Below are positions 19,091 through 29,190 of a stretch of DNA of 64,000 nt, in pieces. Each line of letters opens with the position of its first letter. Position 1 is the stretch's first letter. Source of the DNA: Bdellovibrionales bacterium (GTDB taxonomy: Bacteria > Bdellovibrionota > Bdellovibrionia > Bdellovibrionales > UBA1609); contig CBDHDF010000004.1 in NCBI GenBank assembly GCA_965261545.1, forward strand, positions 64,001-128,000, given 5' to 3'. Position numbers and translations under genes: made by a program. The notes under the pieces are model-generated. The model saw only the letters and a list, made by a program, of their open reading frames with translations. It did not search any database and was not told the origin of the DNA.

Positions 19091-19728
19091 TTTTCTTGAA
19101 GAATGAGGGAATAAGCTTTTTTTAGCTCATTCAACAACCGGTTGGTTGTGGCTAGAATAGCTTGAGAGGAGGCTGCACTTTGGTTTAAGGCATGGAAGTC
19201 CATGGTCAAGAATTGCTGCTTTCCGTCAACTGGTGAGGATTCTGCAAGCGTTTTTGTGGTGGGGAGCTGCTGGGTAAGACAAGAATCGCTTGGTTGTGGG
19301 GGGGCGATGGTGTTTGTCCGACTTTGCTTAGCTTTTAAGGGAAAATATTCTTTTTTGGAGTCATCCAGGAGGCTTTCCAATTTGGTCTCGTCACTGAGTT
19401 TGGCCTGCTCACTCATTTTGGCTTGGTCACTCATTTTAGCCTGCTCACTCACTCTGGCTTGATGACTTATTTGAGTCCAGTTGCTTTGCCTAGGCTGGTG
19501 ACTTATGTCATCTAGGTGACTGTGATGGTTTTGGCTATTCATTTCTTTTTGTATAGTGGCTCTGAAGCGCTTTGTTTTGTTGTTTAGAGGTTTATCCAGC
19601 ACAAGATATTTACCATCTTTATAGGTAAATTCAATCTGGTTGGCTCGAATGCGTCTCCTGAGTGTTGAGATGCTTACTTCGTAGCGGTGGGAAAACTGAG
19701 ATAAGGGTATCCAATCTTGTTCTGTCAT
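18967..19728 (-). CDS. Hypothetical protein: N-terminal HTH-like segment, low-complexity linker, C-terminal coiled coil
   Basis: WIPLSQFSHRYEVSISTLRRRIR..GKYL; SEQAKM/SDQAKM/SEQAKL repeats; heptad-rich C-terminus; RBS AAGGAG. Confidence 0.75.
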   Translation of the reverse strand: MTEQDWIPLSQFSHRYEVSISTLRRRIRANQIEFTYKDGKYLVLDKPLNNKTKRFRATIQKEMNSQNHHSHLDDISHQPRQSNWTQISHQARVSEQAKMSDQAKMSEQAKLSDETKLESLLDDSKKEYFPLKAKQSRTNTIAPPQPSDSCLTQQLPTTKTLAESSPVDGKQQFLTMDFHALNQSAASSQAILATTNRLLNELKKAYSLILQEKEEHLILVQSEVSDLKTLVLALEDENERLHKEKEKLSPTKT

Positions 19729-20031
19729 TGTTTTTACTCCCTTGATAACTCAAATCTATCATAGACCTGGCCAATGTAAAGTGTCTGTTCACAATCTAGA
19801 CTGAAATCTGGTTTGAGTATTCTAATTTAGGCAACTTGAGCTATTTAAATATCTCTGGATATCTGATTGAATATCTTTTGTTGAGTATCTCTGAATATCT
19901 GAATACTCAAGATGACTCATGGCGCAGGCGAAGTATATTGGGTCATAGTAAATCACTGGAGTCATTCGTGTTGAAGGTTTCAATTTTTTATAGGCATAGA
20001 CAAGGATATTGTTGGTAATTATGATAAGCCT

Positions 20032-21237
20032 ATGTGTCTTAATGAAAAAAAGCATCCAGCATTGGTTCTTAGTGGAGGGGGATTTAAGGCGGCCGCATTT
20101 CATATTGGAGTGTGTTTGGGTTTGCAAGAAAAGGGATTTAGGTTTGCCGGAGGGGGTCAGCGGGAGATTGAAAAAAGCTTTTTAGAATCGAGCATGACTT
20201 TTAAGACTTATGTGGGATCGAGTGCAGGGTCAGTCATTTGTTCACTTTTGGCTTCGGGGTACAGTCTTTCTTCTATGGTGAAGGCTTTTACTCCGGACTT
20301 AGATCTAGGTAGTTTTTCTCAGTCTAAACTAACAAGTAAAGGGGATTCCTTTAAGCCATTGGGTTATAGGGATGTTTTTTCCATCAATCTTCATACTCAG
20401 AAAAGTGGATTTCTAGCTGGCTTTAAGAAGAATCGCCTCTCCATAAGCGGTGGCATTGAGGTCTTATTAAAAAAGGGTTTTACGCTGAATGGTATTTTTA
20501 CCACAGAGAAACTAGAAAGGTATCTTCGGGAACAAATCTTGAGAGAAAATACCTTTGATAGACTGGGAGTGGATCTCTATATCATTGCAACTCAGCTCAA
20601 TCACTCAAAAAAGGCTATTTTTGGAGCTTTTGAAGAAGAAAGCGTTGATGAAACCGTCAAGTATGTCAATTATGCCACCATTAGTGAGGCCTGTGCAGCT
20701 TCGGCAAGTCTTCCCCCGGCTTTTGCGCCCTATGGCATTACAAATCATGAGGGAAGAAAAGTTTTCTTTTTCGATGGGGAAATACGTGACACTTTGTCAA
20801 CCCATGTGGCTTCAGATCACAATGCAGATCTAGTGGTTGCTTCCTATTCTTTCCAGCCCTATCACTACAATAGTGAGATTGGCTCTCTTCACGAATATGG
20901 AATTCCTACAGTTATGAATCAAGCCATTTATCAAGTTCTTGAGCAGAAGATTGAAACACATCGGCGTTACAAGCGTGAGATCAAGGATTTATTGAAGGCT
21001 TGTAGGGACTATCTCAAACAAACAGACCTCAAAAAAGAATCTCAAGAGGAATTATTGGATATTCTTCTTTCAAAGACCCGTTTTAAGACAGATGTTGATT
21101 ACATATACATACACCCTAGTTCAGATGACTACGAGATGTTTTTTGCAGATCACTTCAGCCTTAAACCACAGATACTTTCTAAGATTATTAAAGTGGGGTT
21201 TAGGGCCGCTATGAAGGCTCTCCGAAAGTACAGTTGA
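20032..21237 (+). CDS. Patatin-like phospholipase family protein
   Basis: LVLSGGGFKAAAFHIG, catalytic GSSAG, ASASLP, FDGE. Confidence 0.88.
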   Translation: MCLNEKKHPALVLSGGGFKAAAFHIGVCLGLQEKGFRFAGGGQREIEKSFLESSMTFKTYVGSSAGSVICSLLASGYSLSSMVKAFTPDLDLGSFSQSKLTSKGDSFKPLGYRDVFSINLHTQKSGFLAGFKKNRLSISGGIEVLLKKGFTLNGIFTTEKLERYLREQILRENTFDRLGVDLYIIATQLNHSKKAIFGAFEEESVDETVKYVNYATISEACAASASLPPAFAPYGITNHEGRKVFFFDGEIRDTLSTHVASDHNADLVVASYSFQPYHYNSEIGSLHEYGIPTVMNQAIYQVLEQKIETHRRYKREIKDLLKACRDYLKQTDLKKESQEELLDILLSKTRFKTDVDYIYIHPSSDDYEMFFADHFSLKPQILSKIIKVGFRAAMKALRKYS

Positions 21238-21364
21238 TAGGGTTTGGTTTAAATAAAACCAAATAAAATCAAATCATTGAATAAGAACAAAGAATAAGAA
21301 TGAAAGGCCAAAAGTCATGAAAATTGAGTGAGATTTTACTACTGAAACATTCATGAAATGAGTC

Positions 21365-21454
21365 TGGCGGAGAGGGAGAGATTCGAACTCTCGGTACGGT
21401 TGCCCGTACGGATCCTTAGCAGGGACCTGGTTTAAACCACTCACCCACCTCTCC
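21365..21454 (-). tRNA. tRNA-Ser(GCT)
   Basis: Reverse complement GGAGAGG..anticodon loop CT-GCT-AA, long variable arm, GTTCGAATC, CCTCTCC-G-CCA; 90 nt. Confidence 0.95.
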
Positions 21455-21594
21455 GCAAATATTTTTGGTCGAATTGGTTAAACCAAACGTCAAATACAGA
21501 GGTCATAACTTGCCACAGGCTTGTTTTAGAATCAACTTGATTTACTACTAGAATGTGGCTACAAGGTTTCTAGATTTTATAGTGTTTTACTTGT

Positions 21595-21671
21595 GCACTC
21601 GTAGCTCAGCTGGATAGAGTACCTGACTACGAATCAGGTGGTCGGAGGTTCGACTCCTTCCGGGTGCGCCA
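21595..21671 (+). tRNA. tRNA-Arg(ACG)
   Basis: GCACTCG..AGCTCAGCTGGATAGAG..CCTGA-CT-ACG-AA-TCAGG..GTTCGACTCC..CGGGTGC-G-CCA; 77 nt. Confidence 0.96.
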
Positions 21672-21786
21672 TTTTTTTTAAGTCAATAGGAGGGCTTTCT
21701 ATATGGGAGGGCTTTTCTACATTGTTTTGTGTGGTCAAAGGATTTGTATGGTCAAAAGAATGGGTATATGTGTTAGCTTGTCTTTT

Positions 21787-22110
21787 GTGAAAATCCGTAT
21801 TTTAATCTCTTTCTTTGTTTTGTGGCCCTTTTTGTGGTGGCTTTTATCCTGTGGTGTTAAGGGAGATCCTCAGCCCCCTGAGGGTGCCTTCGACTGGGGG
21901 GGGCTCCGCAAATCTCGTGTAAAAACACAAGCTTCACCTATGGAGTCCTCGCAGGGGTTTATTCCACCCTGGTCTTTTTTGAGGGAGGGGTTGGGGTCTA
22001 GGCAGGGTGACGGACTTCGTCAGAGAGATCGTCAGGACAGAGATCAAAAACGAAATCGTAAGGACAGAGATCAAAAACGAAAAAGAGGCGAAGAGTCTAA
22101 GTCCAATTGA
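21787..22110 (+). CDS. Small lipoprotein (CGxKGDPxPP motif, LptM/LppL-like) with charged repetitive tail
   Basis: GTG 21787 gives MKIRILISFFVLWPFLWWLLS-CGVKGDPQPP; start uncertain. Confidence 0.6.
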   Translation: MKIRILISFFVLWPFLWWLLSCGVKGDPQPPEGAFDWGGLRKSRVKTQASPMESSQGFIPPWSFLREGLGSRQGDGLRQRDRQDRDQKRNRKDRDQKRKRGEESKSN

Positions 22111-22139
22111 AAAGCTATGGAATGTCCAATTGAGGAGCT

Positions 22140-22793
22140 ATGGAATTTTATATTGATAGTGCAAATATAGAGGAAATTAAGATGGCCAACAGGTGTGGTT
22201 GGGTGGATGGGGTGACAACAAACCCCACTCTTGTGGCGCAGTCAGGTAGGTCTCACTATGAGCTTATAGAAGAAATATGTTGTGAGGTCAAAGGTCTTGT
22301 GTCTGCTGAAGTGGTTGGTGTGTCCGAGGAAGAAATGGTCAAAGAGGGTCTCCAACTCGCCAAAATTGCAGACAATGTGGTGGTGAAAATTCCAATGAAG
22401 GAAGAGGGGCTTATCGCCGTACGTCGCTTGGCTTCTGAGGGCATCAAAACAAATGTGACCCTGATTTTTTCGCCTATTCAAGCTTTGATGGCTGCTAAAG
22501 CGGGGGCGACCTTGGTTTCACCTTTTGTGGGGCGTCTTGATGATATTGCTGCCGATGGTATGAGTGTTGTAGATCAGATTGTGCAAATTTATAACAATTA
22601 CGATTTTGAAACCAAAGTCCTTGTGGCTAGTGCGAGGCATCCCATGCATGTTTTAGAGTCAGCTCTCATATCGGCCCATATTGTGACAATGCCGTATAAG
22701 GTTATGAAAGGTCTAACTCGGCATCCATTGACAGATAGGGGTCTTGCTCAGTTTCTTGAAGATGCTAGAATATCCCACCGAATAGTCAAATAA
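22140..22793 (+). CDS. fsa: Transaldolase / fructose-6-phosphate aldolase family
   Basis: FYIDSAN, GVTTNPTL, VVVKIP, TNVTLIFS, SPFVGRLDD. Confidence 0.93.
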   Translation: MEFYIDSANIEEIKMANRCGWVDGVTTNPTLVAQSGRSHYELIEEICCEVKGLVSAEVVGVSEEEMVKEGLQLAKIADNVVVKIPMKEEGLIAVRRLASEGIKTNVTLIFSPIQALMAAKAGATLVSPFVGRLDDIAADGMSVVDQIVQIYNNYDFETKVLVASARHPMHVLESALISAHIVTMPYKVMKGLTRHPLTDRGLAQFLEDARISHRIVK

Positions 22794-22809
22794 CCGAGAG
22801 GTAAGCCAA

Positions 22810-23280
22810 GTGTTCAGAGTATTCAGATGGATCATTGCAGGGTTGATTGCCTTTGCTGTGGGGGGGTTAGGAGGGTGTGCAAGTCATAGGGGCTTTTTAG
22901 TTCTTAGGGATATAGACAAACCTTTGAGAGGGATTCAAAAAGTGGTGAGTCAGAGCTTTCCTGAAGGTCCAGCTAAGGTTCAAAGAGGGGGGCGTCTTTT
23001 TATATCAAAGCCCATGGTGATGGAGGAGGGAATTCTGGTGTCTGCAAGCCCGGAGGCTAGGCATCGCTTTTATGTGAAGATTTTTATACGCGGAGGCCAG
23101 AGACCCTACACCCTCAATATTGAAGCGATTGAAGAGAGAAAGTCGAATCGTGATGGGGACAGATTCCAAGTGATAGGGCGCAGTGATAAGATTGCTCAGA
23201 GCATGACCAAGGTTATTTATAAGAGACTCAGACAGCAGCATGAAGAGAATAATATCATTGATAATTTTCGTCCATTTTAG
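22810..23280 (+). CDS. Hypothetical lipoprotein
   Basis: Signal peptide with LGGC lipobox; C-terminal NIIDNFRPF. Confidence 0.7.
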   Translation: MFRVFRWIIAGLIAFAVGGLGGCASHRGFLVLRDIDKPLRGIQKVVSQSFPEGPAKVQRGGRLFISKPMVMEEGILVSASPEARHRFYVKIFIRGGQRPYTLNIEAIEERKSNRDGDRFQVIGRSDKIAQSMTKVIYKRLRQQHEENNIIDNFRPF

Positions 23281-23417
23281 TTTCAAAATTTTAACTTGAG
23301 TCATTTACTGTGTGGTCATTTTTTATAAATACCTCATATCACTTGAGGATATGTCTTTTTATGATCTTTTTGTGGCGTTCAAATTTAGATCGTCTCTTCG
23401 GTGCTCCCTCCGCCTTC

Positions 23418-24305
23418 CTATCGGCCTCTTTCAAGGCGTGCTATGCGCTCCTCAAGGGGGGGGTGGGTTGAAAATAGTTGAAGCAGCTTGCTTCTTTTTT
23501 GGGCCCCAGCAATTTTGAGAGTGGCCATGGCTTGGTCGCCACTTACAAGGTGCTGGGTGTGGCTGAGCGCTCTTAGGGCTGATATCATTTTATCTCGACT
23601 GGTCAGCTTGGCTCCACCTCGATCCGCACGAAATTCTCTTCGACGTGAATAATAGTTGACAACAATGGAGCCCAAAATACTGAAGATAATTTGAAGAACA
23701 ATGATGGTGACCAATTGTGCAATCCAGCTGAACCTCTCGTCCATCTGGCTGGCGATAATGCGTGCAATGATATGAGCAAGAAACATAACGAGCGCATTAA
23801 TAATACCTTGTATAAGGGTCATGGTGACCATGTCACCATTGGCGATATGGGCCACTTCGTGGGCTAAGACGGCTTCTACTTCATCTCTGTCAAGTTGGTT
23901 TAAAAGTCCTGTGGAAACAGCGACGAGGGAGTTACTTTTAGAAGGACCCGTGGCGAAGGCATTGACTTCTTCCCCCTGGTAAATGCCTACCTCTGGCATT
24001 TTGGGAAGGCGGGCCGCTTTGGCGATGCGGTGAACTGTGTTGACAAGTTCGCACATTTGAGGGTCTGTGGCGTTGGGATCAATGACTTGAATGCGCATCA
24101 TCCACTTTGCCATTTTTTTAGAAATGAGAAGGGAAATAAAAGCGCCCCCCATTCCAAAGAAGACACAGAAAATGGCGAGACCACCATAGCCAGAGGCTTC
24201 GATGCCAAAATAAAGCGAGATAAGGCTCCAGCTGATAACAAGTGTTGTCATTACTAAAATGTTGACTATGAGAAAAAGAAATATTCGCCTACCCATCATC
24301 CACAT
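23418..24305 (-). CDS. htpX: Zinc metalloprotease HtpX (M48)
   Basis: NAFATG, HEVAH, NGDMVTMTL, SRRREFRAD, FSTHPPLEERI; ATG 24305 after GGAGGA. Confidence 0.95.
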   Translation of the reverse strand: MWMMGRRIFLFLIVNILVMTTLVISWSLISLYFGIEASGYGGLAIFCVFFGMGGAFISLLISKKMAKWMMRIQVIDPNATDPQMCELVNTVHRIAKAARLPKMPEVGIYQGEEVNAFATGPSKSNSLVAVSTGLLNQLDRDEVEAVLAHEVAHIANGDMVTMTLIQGIINALVMFLAHIIARIIASQMDERFSWIAQLVTIIVLQIIFSILGSIVVNYYSRRREFRADRGGAKLTSRDKMISALRALSHTQHLVSGDQAMATLKIAGAQKRSKLLQLFSTHPPLEERIARLERGR

Positions 24306-24381
24306 AATAATTCCTCCGTTTTTTGAGTCAATTCGATTGGTGCTTGCCTGTCTACTGCCTACTTGTTGTTTGTCCATTGGG

Positions 24382-25281
24382 CTAATCCATAGATTTTCCC
24401 ATTTGAACGGCTTGCCCTGCTAGAAGCATTAAAAGAGCAATAATTATACCTGCAATGATAATAAATCTTAAATAGTCTGTCCAGTCAAAGTCTGCGGTTT
24501 CTAGTTGAGGTATCTCTTTTTGGGGGGCGGCGCGTAGTGGAATACGAGTTTTCTTGGCGTCGCTTTGATCCTTGGCTTTCACAGAAGAGCGGCGATTTTC
24601 TTCTTCCTCACTTTTTTTCTTGGGATTTCGAATCCATTTCACTCTCACGGATCGGCCTTGTTCGTAGTTGTCGTCAAAATTTTGTCCCTGACGGCCTTTT
24701 TTAATCGCACCTATGGGGCCGACGGAGAGTCCCTCTGAGTTTTCGTCGCTTTCACTTGATTTCTTTGATTGGTTAGAAGAAATAATCTTGTTATTTAGGG
24801 TTCTCCCTGTTCGCGAAGACGAGATTTTTGATTCCCCACTTCCGCCCCGACTCCTTTGGCGTCCACGACGGGTTTTTGGGCGAAAGCGACGGCGAGATGT
24901 CGCTGAGTTTCCATCGCCATTGCTCCTGGATTGTCCCAATTGAGTGCGAGAGCTATTTGTATTTTTGTCCGACAAAGGAGGGCGTCCAGCGAGAAAGCTA
25001 AACTCTTGAAATTCGTCATTGCAAAAGCCTGGCGATTCAGACTCATCCACTCCTAGACTAGGCAGTTCTCCCGTTTCCAAAAGACAGGAGAGGTAGTTGC
25101 CAAAGTAGTTGTCGGCAAAAACCTTAAAAGCTTTGTTAAATTGCAGGATAAGGCCAAGGGTTATACCTACGGTCACAACAAGTATAAGAATATATTCTAC
25201 GACAGCTTGGCCAGAGTCTGATCTTATTTTTGTTTTTGGCCTCATCATTGTTTCTGCTGAAGGTTGTTTATAGAAGTTCAT
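24382..25281 (-). CDS. Tad-associated pilin-like protein (class III signal), low-complexity middle, C-terminal TM
   Basis: SG|QAVVEYILILVV prepilin motif; divergent from flp. Confidence 0.7.
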   Translation of the reverse strand: MNFYKQPSAETMMRPKTKIRSDSGQAVVEYILILVVTVGITLGLILQFNKAFKVFADNYFGNYLSCLLETGELPSLGVDESESPGFCNDEFQEFSFLAGRPPLSDKNTNSSRTQLGQSRSNGDGNSATSRRRFRPKTRRGRQRSRGGSGESKISSSRTGRTLNNKIISSNQSKKSSESDENSEGLSVGPIGAIKKGRQGQNFDDNYEQGRSVRVKWIRNPKKKSEEEENRRSSVKAKDQSDAKKTRIPLRAAPQKEIPQLETADFDWTDYLRFIIIAGIIIALLMLLAGQAVQMGKSMD

Positions 25282-25757
25282 CCTCTTATTTATCGGTATT
25301 TATGTTTAACTTATATGCTCAACTTAACAGTTTCTACATAGTTTCTATTTTTATAGAGTTCCTGTATATTTCTATATATTTTTATGAATTGTTTCAACTT
25401 GATACAGTATTGATACAGAATGAAGAAAAATAAAAAAATTAATAAAAAAGTCTTGTCAAATCTTTTTTTTATGTTTATATTATTTATATAACATTCACGT
25501 TTATCTCCCACGGCGATAGTCCGTTTCCTAATCAGGTTTGTAAATAACCTGACACACTTTACTCTATAATCATTAACTATAATGTATTTACATTTTGAAC
25601 ATAGGATATCGCAAAACTTTAGTTAGCCAAGATTGTACAAAATCATTTATGTCTCAATTTGTAAATACCGAAAAGATAAGTGCCAAGGTTCTTTAATTTA
25701 AGGATTAACTTAATAAGGGTTAAAGAATCACTGGCCATATATACGAGGGGGTATATT

Positions 25758-25943
25758 ATGAAAAAAATCAACAAAACTCTTGCTGCGATTTGGAAGGATG
25801 AGTCAGGACAGGGAGCCACTGAATATATTTTATTACTTGTCGTCATTGTTGGTTTAGCAACTCTTTTTGGTGAGCGTATTAAACAGGCTGTTACAGATAA
25901 GATCAATGAGGTTTCTGGGCTTATTTCAGGCTTCAGCAACTAA
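25758..25943 (+). CDS. flp: Flp family major pilin
   Basis: KDESG|QGATEYILLLVVIVG Flp motif; 61 aa from ATG 25758. Confidence 0.88.
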   Translation: MKKINKTLAAIWKDESGQGATEYILLLVVIVGLATLFGERIKQAVTDKINEVSGLISGFSN

Positions 25944-26108
25944 AGCTAAAAGTTGGGGGTCTTGTTGCGTGACTGCTCTCTCCCTCTTTTGCTGAATAAA
26001 GTCCTTGGAGCTTAAGAGTCATTCCTCATGTGGTGAATTGAAGCGAATTGGTTTTGAGTGAACCAGTGATGAATTTTAAGGACAGTTTAAGTAAGTAGGG
26101 GGATTGTC

Positions 26109-26306
26109 ATGACAACGGAGATTGTACTTTTACTTGCAATATTTGCCTTTATTATTCTAGGAGTTTTTCTGGGGGATTTAGGGCCTATTGCGACATTTCA
26201 CAGGTCGGGTCCCTACCTCGGGGCAAAAATTGAACGACAAATATCCATTGGACACAACTTCTATAGAGGTGGGGGGCGCATTCCCGAGTGGAGGGATTAT
26301 GAATAA
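26109..26306 (+). CDS. Small Flp/TadE-like minor pilin
   Basis: MTTEIVLLLAIFAFIILG hydrophobic pilin helix within the tad cluster. Confidence 0.55.
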   Translation: MTTEIVLLLAIFAFIILGVFLGDLGPIATFHRSGPYLGAKIERQISIGHNFYRGGGRIPEWRDYE

Positions 26307-26826
26307 CCTTCTCACTATGAATGGCTTGAATGTCTTTGCCTTTTTCGTTCCAACTTTTATTCTTTTGGCAGGGGTTACCGATGACCTCCTATCTCGCAAA
26401 GTTCACAACTGGCTTGTTGTGAGTGCGGTTATGGTGGCTCTGGTTTTTCAGATATTTTTGGGAGGATGGGAAGCTGTCTCTTTGGGGCTTTTGGGCTTTG
26501 CCTCTGCATTTTTCTTGTGCCTACCTTTGGTGCTCGCAAAAATGTTGGGGGCAGGCGATATGAAACTCCTCATGGCCTTTGGTCTCTCTACAAATATCAG
26601 TTCTGTGTTGGGAGTTACAATTTTTTCTCTTGTATGGGGGGCCCTTTTAGGCTTATTCCAGGCCCTTATTAGGGGAGAAATGAAAAGTCTCTTGGTCAAC
26701 ACTCTCAAAATCGCTGGGATGAAAAAGCCCCATGGGGATTATCACAGGGTTCCTTATACCATTGCCATGTTTTTTGGTTGGCTCACTCAACTTACAATGG
26801 AACAAACAGGGGTTCGCTTATGGTAA
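26299..26826 (+). CDS. cpaA: Prepilin peptidase CpaA/TadV (A24)
   Basis: TDDLLSRKVHNWL, GAGDMKLL, VPYTIA. Confidence 0.88.
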   Translation: MNNLLTMNGLNVFAFFVPTFILLAGVTDDLLSRKVHNWLVVSAVMVALVFQIFLGGWEAVSLGLLGFASAFFLCLPLVLAKMLGAGDMKLLMAFGLSTNISSVLGVTIFSLVWGALLGLFQALIRGEMKSLLVNTLKIAGMKKPHGDYHRVPYTIAMFFGWLTQLTMEQTGVRLW

Positions 26827-27119
26827 GGAGCGGGCGGTGGACGACAAGGAGCAAGCCCACAATCTCCATTTTTCTGCATCAGGGGGGGCAGGCGGTTATT
26901 GAAGCTGTGCTCGCCGTCGCTTTATTTGTGTCCATTGCTATATTGGTGGCAGGTCAATTTAAGGAAAGGCAAGTCTTTGCCAACTTGATTTCAGGGCCAT
27001 GGTCCGTTCTTGATGGAATGATTAAGAATGGAGCATGGTCTCCAAGAGACGAGTCAAACACCACTCATCCCAGTCGTCAGAGGAGGCATACATCGACACA
27101 AGGAGACCCCGCCCAATGA
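26820..27119 (+). CDS. TadE-like pseudopilin
   Basis: GG|QAVIEAVLAVALF. Confidence 0.7.
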   Translation: MVRSGRWTTRSKPTISIFLHQGGQAVIEAVLAVALFVSIAILVAGQFKERQVFANLISGPWSVLDGMIKNGAWSPRDESNTTHPSRQRRHTSTQGDPAQ

Positions 27120-27832
27120 TGAGATTCTATCTTTGTTTTCAACAGCATCTTCAACAGCGTTTTCAACGGCGAAGTTTGAAAGGTTGCTATGGAAATCATG
27201 ATGAAAGTTGTGATGAAAGTCATGGAGGAGGTGGACTCTGTGGTGATAAGGGTCTTATCACTTTAGATTTTCTCTTTGCTTTTATTTTAGTTATGGGTTT
27301 TGCAGGTTTATTGTTTGCCTTAACTATCACTCTCACCATGGTGGAAATTACTCAATACATCACATATGCTTCGGCGAGAAACTATATGACTTCCCATGAG
27401 GATGAAGGCCGGCAAAGAGAGATGGCCGTAGAAAAATTCAATCAATTGGCTTCTCACCATGTCATAGCTCCTATGTTTTCCAATGATTGGTTTGAGTTAG
27501 ATACTCCGCTTGTGGGGCTTGACAACAGTTGGCAACAAGATGTGCCTATTGAGCAGTATTTATTTCGAGGAACCTCTGTTAATTTTATAGCTCACATGCT
27601 TGATTTTAATATTCCTTTTTTTGGCTCTACGGCTTCGGATAGCACACAGGGAGGTGGTTTTCGCACAACCATTGGGTCTTATTTAGGTATTGAGGTTCCT
27701 GTAGAAAATTGTGTTGAGTTCGCTCGACACCGTTGGGATTGGATAAAAACCCTTTCACCCGACTATGTCCAAGTAGACAATGCCGCCAGTGCGGGTGTTG
27801 GCTACCGTTTGATCACGGACAATGGGTGTTGA
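27116..27832 (+). CDS. TadE/TadG-like pseudopilin
   Basis: KG|LITLDFLFAF hydrophobic helix, YITYASARNY, C-terminal DNGC. Confidence 0.65.
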   Translation: MMRFYLCFQQHLQQRFQRRSLKGCYGNHDESCDESHGGGGLCGDKGLITLDFLFAFILVMGFAGLLFALTITLTMVEITQYITYASARNYMTSHEDEGRQREMAVEKFNQLASHHVIAPMFSNDWFELDTPLVGLDNSWQQDVPIEQYLFRGTSVNFIAHMLDFNIPFFGSTASDSTQGGGFRTTIGSYLGIEVPVENCVEFARHRWDWIKTLSPDYVQVDNAASAGVGYRLITDNGC

Positions 27833-27835
27833 GAA

Positions 27836-28303
27836 ATGAAACAAGGGGAGGATGGTATGGCGATGATTGAAACACTTCCTTTGATTGTGGTGTTTGTTAT
27901 TCTCGTGTCCTACGGTTTGGGATTTTGGGGCTCCATACACACGGGTATTCTTCACTCCATAGCGGCGAGAACCTACGCCTTTGAGACTTTTAGAAACCGT
28001 ACTCACTTGACTTACTTCAGAGAGCAGGGCCGGGGGTTGGATACACCTGAGCACTATGAGGCACAACAATTTCGATTCCATGCCATTCAGGCGATCCAGG
28101 CCCCGGGTCTCGATTTTTATGCCACCCAAAGGCCCCTTGCTCTGGCTTTAAAAATAGAAAAACAACCCAATTCTTCTCAGGATCACAACCAAAATATACA
28201 TATCCTCAGTGGAAGAAACCGAAGCTCTGGGGGCTTGGGCATCAACCCTATTTGGGTCATGGTGGGCTATGCTCTTTGTTTCAACCCTGATTGTGGAGGA
28301 TGA
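27836..28303 (+). CDS. TadE-like pseudopilin
   Basis: DG|MAMIETLPLIVVF, SIAARTYAF. Confidence 0.7.
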   Translation: MKQGEDGMAMIETLPLIVVFVILVSYGLGFWGSIHTGILHSIAARTYAFETFRNRTHLTYFREQGRGLDTPEHYEAQQFRFHAIQAIQAPGLDFYATQRPLALALKIEKQPNSSQDHNQNIHILSGRNRSSGGLGINPIWVMVGYALCFNPDCGG

Positions 28304-29190
28304 GCGCAATGAACTCAAATGAAACACGTAAACTGTGGGTATCTATTGGAGTGTCCCTCTTTGCAGTCTTTTTACTCTACAGTTATATTCAAGAAAAGAG
28401 TGCGAGCCTCACAAAGAAGTTTGGTGCCAAGAAAAGGGTTGTTATAGCCAAGGAAGAAATTCAAGAAATGCAGACCATTGATGAAACTATGCTTGAGATT
28501 GTGGAAAGACCTGTGGACTTTGTGGAGCCTTCAGCCATTAGCGATCCCGAAATGGCTGTGGGTCAAGTCGCCCTTGCTCCTATTAGTAAAAATGAGCAAA
28601 TTCTTGGAAATAAGATTCACAATCCGGGTCCTGTTACGGGTTTGGAGTTACAGGTGGCTCCAGGGAAAAGGGCTGTCACCCTACCTATTGATGATGTGAG
28701 AGGTGTGGCTAAGTTACTCAAGCCTGGAAGCCGCGTGGATATTGTCACAGCCCTTGATGTGGGTAGTGGAAATAGTAAAAAAAGGGAAATAAAAACTCTT
28801 TTGCAAGATGTGAGTATTCTCGCTACAGGTCTTAAGATTGTCAATGATCTCCCTCGTCTCTATGAGAAGGTGGGCAGTGATGAGTTTATTAAAAACATCC
28901 GCTCGGACACCTCTTTTTCTAACATCACTGTGGAGGTTTCCCCTCGGGATGCACAAAAAATTATCTATATTATATCGACCAACCCAGGGGCTTTGTTTTT
29001 AACCTTACGCCACCCCAGCGACCGTTTTATTCATAGCAAGTTGCCTACCGCAGACTTGCAGAGCTTATTGAATAAACCCTTTTTCAAAACTCCAAAACCT
29101 GTGTTGCCGCCCCGCCTCCCCACGTCTATAGGCAAGTCACGGGTTGCTCCTGTTAAAAAGAAAAAACGAGGTCCCTATGAAGAGCTTTAA
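28300..29190 (+). CDS. cpaB: Flp pilus assembly protein CpaB/RcpC
   Basis: SAF-like VVIAKEEI..., PGKRAVTLPID..GVAKLLKPGSRVDI, LLQDVSILA, ITVEVSP. Confidence 0.9.
   Translation: MSAMNSNETRKLWVSIGVSLFAVFLLYSYIQEKSASLTKKFGAKKRVVIAKEEIQEMQTIDETMLEIVERPVDFVEPSAISDPEMAVGQVALAPISKNEQILGNKIHNPGPVTGLELQVAPGKRAVTLPIDDVRGVAKLLKPGSRVDIVTALDVGSGNSKKREIKTLLQDVSILATGLKIVNDLPRLYEKVGSDEFIKNIRSDTSFSNITVEVSPRDAQKIIYIISTNPGALFLTLRHPSDRFIHSKLPTADLQSLLNKPFFKTPKPVLPPRLPTSIGKSRVAPVKKKKRGPYEEL

Noticed and set aside
21365..21671. tRNA genes as prophage or island integration sites
   Set aside because: No integrase and no duplicated tRNA 3' end seen in the window.
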